A stretch of DNA of 32,000 nucleotides from Ruminococcus albus 7 = DSM 20455 (GTDB taxonomy: Bacteria; Bacillota; Clostridia; Oscillospirales; Ruminococcaceae): positions 2,970,001 to 3,002,000 of the forward strand of contig NC_014833.1 in NCBI RefSeq assembly GCF_000179635.2. The letters are read 5' to 3'. A model generated the notes under the pieces. The model was given only the letters and a program-made list of their open reading frames with translations. It did not search any database and had not been told where the DNA came from. Of the stretch, positions 8,107 through 15,056 are shown in pieces; within the stretch, counting starts at the first letter, position 1, and every line of letters begins with the position of its first letter. Made by a program: the position numbers and the translations under genes.

Positions 8107-8458
8107 CCCTCGCGCGGGTTCGCAACACGTCACTTACATAGTGATGTCGGGAAGTATGTTTCTCGGTAGCCATTGTTAGCTATAACGGAAAAGTCCTCGG
8201 GCGGACGGCTCGACACGTCACTTACATGGTAAGTTCGGTCAGTATGTTTCTCGGTAGCCATTGTTAGCTATAACGGAAAAATCCCTCGCGCGGGTTCGCA
8301 ACTCGTCACTTATATGGTTAGTTCGGTCAGTATGTTTCTCGGTAGCCATTGTCAGCTATAACGGAAAAGTCCTCGGGCGGACGGCTCGACACGTCACTGA
8401 CATTGTGATGTCGGGAAATTTGCCACTCGGCAGCTGTTTGTATGAAAATCAAAAAAGT
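8107..8458 (+). repeat. Left tandem-repeat array, four ~88-bp units
   Basis: Units at 8107-8194, 8195-8282, 8283-8370 and 8371 to about 8458 (the last is diverged). Each holds a GC-rich head, then ACGTCACT, then TTCTCGGTAGCCATTGT.AGCTATAACGGAAAA. The heads alternate between CCCTCGCGCGGGTTCGCAAC and CCTCGGGCGGACGGCTCGAC. Confidence 0.85.
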
Positions 8459-8466
8459 ACAATTAT

Positions 8467-8499
8467 GAGCGTGAGCAACAATATGCCCACGCTCTTTTT
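8467..8499 (+). terminator. Terminator-like hairpin in the unique core between the two repeat arrays
   Basis: GAGCGTG (8467-8473) pairs with CACGCTC (8488-8494) and is followed by TTTTT. Confidence 0.45.
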
Positions 8500-8506
8500 G
8501 TGTCAT

Positions 8507-8916
8507 CCGACGCGAGGAAACCCTATCCTCCACCATAACCCACATCGGATACCGAGAAGCCAACTTCCCTTACTATCCATGTACGTGACGTACTGCGTAC
8601 CCGCGCGAGGGACACCATATCCTCCACCATAAACCACATCGGATACCGAGAAGCAAACTCCCTTTACTAGCCATGTACGTAACGTACTGCGTACCCGCGC
8701 GAGGGACACCTTGTCCTCCACCATAACCCACATCGGATACCGAGAAACCAGCTCACCTTTACTAGCCATGTACGTGACGTATTGCGTACCCGCGCGAGGG
8801 ACACCCTATCCTCCACCATAGCCTACATCGGATACCGAGCAACCAACTCCCCTTTACTAGCCATGTACGTGACGTACTGCGTACCCGCGCGAGGGGTGCG
8901 TAACCGCGCGAGGGGG
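8507..8916 (-). repeat. Right tandem-repeat array: four 94-95-bp units plus partial units, same family as the left array but inverted
   Basis: On the + strand the units end in CCCGCGCGAGGG at 8600-8611, 8694-8705, 8789-8800 and 8884-8895. Each contains CCTCCACCATAA.CCACATCGGATACCGAGAA and GTACGT.ACGTAC. The reverse complement of a left unit aligns to a right unit at roughly two-thirds identity by eye. Confidence 0.85.
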
Positions 8917-9084
8917 GACTTTACTTTTTTGGGGAAGTATGGTAATATGATTGTATATGTATCGCACTGTGTTGTCCTTTTTCGATTTAAAGACTATTTA
9001 AGAATTGATGTGCTATCATATACACACAGATAAAACACAGCCCGTGTCACTGTGGGCAGAACAAAAGAAAAGGGGCAATACATC

Positions 9085-11451
9085 ATGTTTTTCAGAATAA
9101 TGAAAAAAGACCTGAAACGCAAAAAAACTATGAATATCATACTGTTTCTGTTCGTGATACTCAGTTCGCTGTTCGCAGCAGCCAGCATGAACAATATCGC
9201 AGCGGTAACAGGAGGTATCGACCACTATTTCGAGATCTCGGATATGCCGGATGCCATAGTAAGCATTCCTGCTGAAACAGATGCAGAAGAAAAGATCAAG
9301 GCACTGCCGTCTGTGCATGAAACGAAGACCGAGCACCTGATAAGCATAATGGAATCGAAGATGTTGTTGTACAAGGGTAAAAAAATGGATAATTTCATCA
9401 ATCCGCCCCTTGTTCATTCCGATAAGGAAATGGGCATAAACTACTTCGATGAAGACAATAACGTGATAGAGAGCGTTGACAAGGGCTGGTTTTATGCTTC
9501 ATCTCAGTTTACAAAAGGTCTTGACAAGGAGATCGGGATAGGTGATGAGGTAATACTTGATACAGGCAGCACAAAACTCTCACTGAGGTATGCAGGCGCA
9601 GCCAAGGGCGTTATATTTGACACTCAGAGCAACGCATCCCCACATTTGATAGTAAACAGTGCAGATCACGAGATCATCAGTAACGATCCCGAGATCAGGA
9701 AGTTCAACAAAATGGTCAACGTTACGATCATGTACGTCAAGACCGATGATGTGCAGGCGATAAAGGATCTGGACTATCCGACAATGCGCGTAAACACCGG
9801 AGATGATATGAAGGGTTCGTTCCTTTACGATATGCTGGCTGCATACGCACTGCTTATGGTGAGTGCAGTGCTGATGCTGACTGCTTTTATAGTCCTGAGA
9901 TTCACCATAGGTTTCACAATAAGCGAAGAATTCCGTGAGATAGGTGTTATGAAGGCGGTCGGTATCAATAACGGCAGTATACGCTTTTTGTATATGATAA
10001 AGTATCTTGCGATATCGGTCGCAGGTGCAGCAGCAGGCTTCTTCGGATCTATACCGCTTTCGGCATATATGATGAAAACCGTATCCCGTGACATAGTGCT
10101 TGAAAGCAACAATAATATCACTATCGGTATACTCAGTTCGATCGGGGTAGTATTGCTGATAATGCTGTTCTGCTACATCAGCACCCGCAGGATAAAGAAG
10201 TTCTCTCCCATAGACGCAGTAAGAAACGGTCAGACAGGTGAGCGTTTCAAAAAGAAGAGTATCATACATCTGGGAAGTTCAAAACTGCCTGCAACGGGAT
10301 TTATGGCGATAAACGATGTACTCAGCGCACCTAAGCAGTTCAGCATAATAACTGTGGTATTCACTCTTTGCATACTGCTTACAACATTGATGTCAACATT
10401 CGCCCTGACGCTTAAAAGCGATAAGCTGCTGTGGCTTTTCGGTGTACCTTCAAGTGATATACATATAATGGATACATCATATTTCGGAGAATACTTCGTA
10501 GATTTCAATGAGTACAAAAACGTCATGAATAAGACAGAAAAGATCCTGGAAGAAAACGGCATAGAGGGCGAATGCAGCATTACCGCAGGCTTCGGATATG
10601 AGGTAAGCCTTGGAGATAAGACTGAAACAGAGATGTGCATGGTGACCAAGGGCAGCGAGAATGATCTGTTGAAATGCAGTGAAGGATATCTGCCTGAAAA
10701 GACAGATGAGATAGCGATGACGGGTTACGCCATGGATGACATCGGTGCAGGGATAGGTGACCGTGTAAAGATAAAGATAGGTGATACCACAAAGGAGTTT
10801 ATAATATCAGGAAAATACTCAACGTTCATGGGCGGCGGACACTGCTGCCTTATGCACCCTGATACGGAACTTGTCACATCCAGCATTATGACCGGATCAG
10901 GCTTGCAGATACGCCTGACGGGTGACAATGACAAGGATGATATAGATGCTGCCATAGCAAAGATAAAGAAAGCCATAAACAGCGAGAAGGTATACAACAC
11001 CAGCGATATGATAAAAGAAGCAACAGGTCTTTCTGACACGCTGAACATGATAAAGAAAATGATGATGTTACTGACTGTGATAGTTACTGCTATGATAGTT
11101 ATACTGATGGAACGCAGCTTCATATCAAAGGAAAAGAGCGAGATAGCACTGATGAAGGCTGTGGGCATATCCGACAGGAGCATAATCGCACAGCACACAC
11201 TGCGCTTTGTGATAGTTGCACTGGCAGCCTGCGGTATCGCATCGGGAGTACTGCTGCCCATAAGTAACGTGATGATGGACTATATATGCTCAATGGTAGG
11301 CGATGTATCCGGGGTCAGGTGTGATCTCAATGCATTCGAGGTATTCGCGGTATGCCCTGCGATAGTTGTAGTCATAACCGTTTTGGGAGCCATGCTCACA
11401 TCACTTTACACCAGAACGATCCGTGCGGCTGACACAGCAAGCATCGAATAA
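9085..11451 (+). CDS. ABC transporter permease, internally duplicated MacB/FtsX type
   Basis: 788 aa from the ATG at 9085 (RBS AAAGGGG). The layout is TM, a ~210-aa extracytoplasmic domain, then three TMs, and this pattern occurs twice. This is typical of the FtsX-like permease family. Confidence 0.85.
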   Translation: MFFRIMKKDLKRKKTMNIILFLFVILSSLFAAASMNNIAAVTGGIDHYFEISDMPDAIVSIPAETDAEEKIKALPSVHETKTEHLISIMESKMLLYKGKKMDNFINPPLVHSDKEMGINYFDEDNNVIESVDKGWFYASSQFTKGLDKEIGIGDEVILDTGSTKLSLRYAGAAKGVIFDTQSNASPHLIVNSADHEIISNDPEIRKFNKMVNVTIMYVKTDDVQAIKDLDYPTMRVNTGDDMKGSFLYDMLAAYALLMVSAVLMLTAFIVLRFTIGFTISEEFREIGVMKAVGINNGSIRFLYMIKYLAISVAGAAAGFFGSIPLSAYMMKTVSRDIVLESNNNITIGILSSIGVVLLIMLFCYISTRRIKKFSPIDAVRNGQTGERFKKKSIIHLGSSKLPATGFMAINDVLSAPKQFSIITVVFTLCILLTTLMSTFALTLKSDKLLWLFGVPSSDIHIMDTSYFGEYFVDFNEYKNVMNKTEKILEENGIEGECSITAGFGYEVSLGDKTETEMCMVTKGSENDLLKCSEGYLPEKTDEIAMTGYAMDDIGAGIGDRVKIKIGDTTKEFIISGKYSTFMGGGHCCLMHPDTELVTSSIMTGSGLQIRLTGDNDKDDIDAAIAKIKKAINSEKVYNTSDMIKEATGLSDTLNMIKKMMMLLTVIVTAMIVILMERSFISKEKSEIALMKAVGISDRSIIAQHTLRFVIVALAACGIASGVLLPISNVMMDYICSMVGDVSGVRCDLNAFEVFAVCPAIVVVITVLGAMLTSLYTRTIRAADTASIE

Positions 11452-11465
11452 CGGGAGATGATATA

Positions 11466-12236
11466 ATGGCTGCAGTATTACAGGCAAGGGGTCTTTGCAA
11501 GACTTACATAGTGAACAAGCGTCAGAACAACGTACTTAAAAATATCGACCTTACCATAAATGAGGGTGAGATGACGGCTGTAATGGGGCCATCGGGCTCG
11601 GGCAAAAGTACGCTGCTGTACTGTCTTTCCGGCATGGACAGAGTTACTTCGGGAAAGGTGAACTTCTGCGGCAGGGAGATAACAGGACTCGGTGAAAAAG
11701 AGCTTGCCGAGCTCAGGCTTGACGAAATGGGATTCATATTCCAGCAGATGTACATGATGAAGAACCTTTCGGTGCTTGACAATATTATACTGCCTGCGGT
11801 AAGCTCCAAGAAGCTCCGCGAGAGCAGAAAGCAGACTGAGGAGCGCGGCAGAACGCTGATGCGTAAGCTGGGCATAGCGGAGATAGAAAACAACGACATC
11901 AACGAAGTATCCGGAGGACAGCTGCAGAGAGCCTGTATATGCAGGAGCATTATAAATACCCCGAAGATGATATTTGCTGACGAACCCACAGGCGCCCTCA
12001 ACCGCGCAAGCTCAGACGAGGTAATGGATGAGCTTACCACGCTGAACCGCAGCGGTACTACTATCATGTGTGTTACACACGATCCTAAGGTGGCTGCTAA
12101 GTGCAGCAGGGTACTGTTCATTGTGGACGGCGGCATCATGGGTGAGAAGATGCTCGGCAGTTTCGACAGTGAGAAGGAAGACATTCGGGACAGGGAAAGA
12201 GATCTGAACAACTGGCTGATGGAACTGGGCTGGTAA
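11466..12236 (+). CDS. ABC transporter ATP-binding protein (MacB/LolD-like)
   Basis: Walker A GPSGSGKST, Q-loop, signature VSGGQLQR and Walker B MIFADEPTGALN. Confidence 0.93.
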   Translation: MAAVLQARGLCKTYIVNKRQNNVLKNIDLTINEGEMTAVMGPSGSGKSTLLYCLSGMDRVTSGKVNFCGREITGLGEKELAELRLDEMGFIFQQMYMMKNLSVLDNIILPAVSSKKLRESRKQTEERGRTLMRKLGIAEIENNDINEVSGGQLQRACICRSIINTPKMIFADEPTGALNRASSDEVMDELTTLNRSGTTIMCVTHDPKVAAKCSRVLFIVDGGIMGEKMLGSFDSEKEDIRDRERDLNNWLMELGW

Positions 12237-12250
12237 AGAAACGTAAATGT

Positions 12251-12290
12251 AAGAGGTAAGAGATATCCTGCTTGCCTCTTGCTTTGCGTT
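12251..12290 (+). terminator. Weak terminator-like hairpin after the ABC ATPase gene
   Basis: AAGAGGTAAG (12251-12260) pairs with CTTGCCTCTT (12271-12280) and is followed by GCTTTGCGTT. The T-tract is poor. Confidence 0.35.
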
Positions 12291-12303
12291 GTGATATAGA
12301 TAT

Positions 12304-12514
12304 ATGGCTGTCCCTTTAGCACACCACTACAAAGCGCTGTATAAAATACAGGTATTTCCAGTTCTGATATTTCACCAATTAATTTGGTGTAATATCAGAA
12401 CCAGAAACACTCGGCGTTTATCCTTCCCCCGCCGCAGGCGGAGTAAGGATAACATCAACACGATGATTCATTGTTATATTGCACTATGTAATGGTGTGTT
12501 AAAGGAATAACCAT
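12304..12514. mobile_element. MITE-like non-autonomous element, copy 2
   Basis: ~41-nt imperfect terminal inverted repeats with 32/41 matching: ATGGCTGTCCCTTTAGCACACCACTACAAAGCGCTGTATAA (12304-12344) against the reverse complement of 12474-12514. The internal palindrome TTATCCTTCCCCCGCC..GGCGGAGTAAGGATAA lies at 12418-12452. ATAGATAT occurs on both flanks (12296-12303 and 12516-12523). Confidence 0.65.
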
Positions 12515-12536
12515 GATAGATATTACGGAGGAGAAT

Positions 12537-13199
12537 ATGACGGATATACTTATTGTAGAAGATGATATTGAGCTTTCCTCTTTGCTGACGGATTTTCTTC
12601 GTGCGGAGGGATACACGGTCTCAGCTGTGGAAAGCGGTGACAGGGCTTTACAGCTTTTTGAGAGATACGGTGCAAGGCTGGTGGTACTGGATATAAATCT
12701 GCCTGATGTGAACGGGTTCGCGGTATGTTCAAAACTCAGGGAGCAGGCTGATACGCCCATACTCATCGTAAGCTGCCGTACAGACAAGGATGACAAGCTG
12801 AACGGCTTCGGTCTCGGGGCGGATGACTATATCGAAAAGCCCTACGATATCGACATACTTATAGCAAAGATCAAGGGCATATTCAAGCGAAGATATCAGC
12901 TGGATACCATATCTGCCGACGGCGTGAAGCTTAACCTGGCTGACAGAACCGCCGAGATAGACGGTGAGGCAGTTGAGCTGACGGTAAAGGAGTTCGACCT
13001 GCTGACACTGCTGGTACAGAACAAGGACAAGGTACTGAAAAAGGAATATCTGTTCAATAATGTATGGGGCAGCGACAGCGATTCGGAGATGCAGACACTT
13101 CATGTGCATATCAACCGTCTGCGGCAGAAGCTGGGTGATGACCCGAAGAGCGCAAAGCGTCTGCTGACAGTATGGGGCGTGGGGTACAAGTTCGTATGA
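12537..13199 (+). CDS. OmpR/PhoB-family response regulator
   Basis: 220 aa from the ATG at 12537 (RBS GGAGGAG). It has a receiver domain (ILIVEDD..VVLDINLPDVNG) and a winged-helix output domain (..LTVKEFDLL..VWG..VHINRLRQKL..VWGVGYKF). Confidence 0.93.
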   Translation: MTDILIVEDDIELSSLLTDFLRAEGYTVSAVESGDRALQLFERYGARLVVLDINLPDVNGFAVCSKLREQADTPILIVSCRTDKDDKLNGFGLGADDYIEKPYDIDILIAKIKGIFKRRYQLDTISADGVKLNLADRTAEIDGEAVELTVKEFDLLTLLVQNKDKVLKKEYLFNNVWGSDSDSEMQTLHVHINRLRQKLGDDPKSAKRLLTVWGVGYKFV

Positions 13200-14413
13200 G
13201 TGCATTCAAAAAGCTTTCAGCGGTAGTAGTGGTACTGTTCATAGCGCTGGCAGTATTCCTGAACCATGAGATATCAAGGCAGAGCACCGTTACAAACGGC
13301 ATATACCGACTGGAAGCAAAGCGGCTGGCAGACGATATTGAAGATACGGGAAGCTATGATATTTCTGAGTATCCACATATAACAGGGGTATTCACCGAGG
13401 ATGACGGGGATCTGTACTCATCTAACAACAGCTATGTTATAGTGGAAGCAGACGGAAGACTCTACCGCGTTGAATACGATATGTACAACAGCTCACAGAT
13501 ACTGCTGATAACGGATATAGTACTTGTCGGGATGATCGCAGTGCTGGCGGTACTGCTTTTATACATCCACAGGAATATAATAAAGCCCTTCGGCAGGCTC
13601 AACGATGTACCCAAGGAGCTTGCAAAAGGAAATCTGGCAGTGCCCCTGCCTGAAGAAAAGAGCAGGTTCTTCGGGCAGTTCACATGGGGAGTAAATCTGC
13701 TGAGGGAGAGCATTGAGGATAAGCGAAACAAAGAACTTACTATGCAGAAGGACAAAAAGCTCCTGCTGCTGTCACTTTCACACGATATCAAAACTCCCCT
13801 TTCGGCTATCAAGCTGAATGCAAAGGCTCTGTCGAGAGGATTATACAAGGACGCGGAAAAACAGCGTGAGGCTGCTGAACATATCAACGCACGTGCAGAC
13901 GAGATAGAAAACTTCGTTAGCAGGATAACCAAGGCATCCAGCGAGGACTTTATGGAATTTGAGGTGAGCATGGGTGAGGAATTCCTGAGCAGCATACTAT
14001 CAAGGATAGAGGCAAGATACAAGCCGCAGCTGGAACTTACACATACTGAATTTGTGATAAACGAGTATGACGACTGCATACTCAGCTGCGACGGTGACAG
14101 GATAGCGGAATGTTTGCAGAACCTAATAGAAAATGCCATAAAATACGGTGACGGCAAACGGATAGAGATATGCTTCGACACCATGGACGGCTGTGAACTT
14201 GTAACAGTAAAAAACACAGGCTGTGCTATTGAAGCTAAAGAACTGCCGCAGATATTTGAAAGCTTTCACCGCGGCAGCAACGCAGGCAATATACGCGGCA
14301 ACGGTCTGGGGCTGTTTATATGCCGCAAGCTTATGGCACTTATGGGGGGCGAGGTATATGCGGATATCAAGGACGAATGCTTTCTTGTGACGCTGGTGGT
14401 CAGGCTTGCATAA
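13196..14413 (+). CDS. Sensor histidine kinase (HisKA/HATPase_c)
   Basis: The start ATG overlaps the regulator's stop codon (ATGA). It has two TM segments, the H-box SHDIKTPLSAI, the N-box LIENAIKYG and the G-boxes NTGCAI and GNGLGL. Confidence 0.9.
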   Translation: MSAFKKLSAVVVVLFIALAVFLNHEISRQSTVTNGIYRLEAKRLADDIEDTGSYDISEYPHITGVFTEDDGDLYSSNNSYVIVEADGRLYRVEYDMYNSSQILLITDIVLVGMIAVLAVLLLYIHRNIIKPFGRLNDVPKELAKGNLAVPLPEEKSRFFGQFTWGVNLLRESIEDKRNKELTMQKDKKLLLLSLSHDIKTPLSAIKLNAKALSRGLYKDAEKQREAAEHINARADEIENFVSRITKASSEDFMEFEVSMGEEFLSSILSRIEARYKPQLELTHTEFVINEYDDCILSCDGDRIAECLQNLIENAIKYGDGKRIEICFDTMDGCELVTVKNTGCAIEAKELPQIFESFHRGSNAGNIRGNGLGLFICRKLMALMGGEVYADIKDECFLVTLVVRLA

Positions 14414-14439
14414 AAATAATCGAAACAGGAGAAAATATC

Positions 14440-14973
14440 ATGATCGAAGATTTTGTAAAAGTAAAAGACGTAGACAAAGAGACCATAGAGAAGTACCGCG
14501 GCAAACTGCCCGATGAATATCTGGAGATATGGCAGGAACATGGCTACTGCACATTCTATAACGGCTATCTGAAGATAATTGACCCGGAAGAATATCAGGC
14601 ACTGCTTGAAAGATCTTATTTTCTTGGGAACGTTTCGATACCTATAATGGCGACTGCTTTCGGTGATATTATAACATGGGAGAAAGACGAATTTCTTGGT
14701 ATCGTCAAATACAGATACGGTGACAATGATGTTATCCAGGCGAGATTCAAGTATTTTATGATGGACGTTGAGTTCGGTGAACTTGATGAAGAATTTTTCA
14801 CTATTGAACAATACGATGAAGCTGTAGAAAAATACGGCGAACTTGAATACGATGAATGTTTCGGTTATGTTCCTCTGCTTGCACTGGGCGGAAATGAATC
14901 TGTAAACAACCTGAAAAAAGTGAAGATGAAAGAACATATAGCACTCATCTATAACATGGTCGGTGAGATATAA
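14440..14973 (+). CDS. GAD-like / DUF1851 (Tdi1-type immunity protein-like) family protein
   Basis: 177 aa from the ATG at 14440 (RBS AGGAG). KLPDEYLEIWQEHGYCTFYNGYLKIIDPEEY and PIMATAFGDIITWE match my memory of the GAD-like plus DUF1851 pairing. This was not verified by a search. Confidence 0.5.
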   Translation: MIEDFVKVKDVDKETIEKYRGKLPDEYLEIWQEHGYCTFYNGYLKIIDPEEYQALLERSYFLGNVSIPIMATAFGDIITWEKDEFLGIVKYRYGDNDVIQARFKYFMMDVEFGELDEEFFTIEQYDEAVEKYGELEYDECFGYVPLLALGGNESVNNLKKVKMKEHIALIYNMVGEI

Positions 14974-15005
14974 GATATCTGCCGATGTCAGCAAGAAAAA
15001 ATTCT

Positions 15006-15042
15006 GAGGGAGATCCTTGTCAAAAGGGTCTCCCTCGGTTTT
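15006..15042. terminator. Bidirectional intrinsic terminator between convergent genes
   Basis: GAGGGAGATCC (15006-15016) pairs with GGGTCTCCCTC (15026-15036). It has GGTTTT on the + side and an A-run (AGAAAAAATT) on the other side. Confidence 0.7.
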
Positions 15043-15056
15043 ACATATAGTTTGTA

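Noticed and set aside
8107-8130. tRNA-like T-loop (GGTTCGCAA) in the left-array unit heads
   Set aside because: The flanking bases cannot form a T-stem (GCGCGGG is not complemented by ACACGTC). There is no acceptor or anticodon arm geometry in the 88-bp unit.
8107-8916. Possible CRISPR array, given regularly spaced GC-rich 12-mers about 90 bp apart
   Set aside because: The sequence between the 12-mers is itself repeated at about 80-90% identity, so there are no unique spacers. There are no cas genes, and two arrays in opposite orientation share the same unit. This is tandem-repeat behaviour, not CRISPR.
8261-9033. Track ORFs 8261-8632 (+), 8327-8563 (-), 8503-8769 (-) and 8782-9033 (+) inside the repeat block
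   Set aside because: They read through the 88-95-bp units in shifting frames because the period is not a multiple of 3. They lack SD sequences and produce repetitive products with no family resemblance. They are by-products of stop-poor repeats.
9085-14413. A BceAB-BceRS bacitracin-type resistance module
   Set aside because: The theme (ABC exporter plus OmpR/HisKA pair) is similar. However, the permease is an internally duplicated MacB-type with about 8 TMs and two outside domains, not the 10-TM BceB layout. The kinase also has a sizeable extracytoplasmic loop, unlike intramembrane-sensing BceS. I kept the calls generic.
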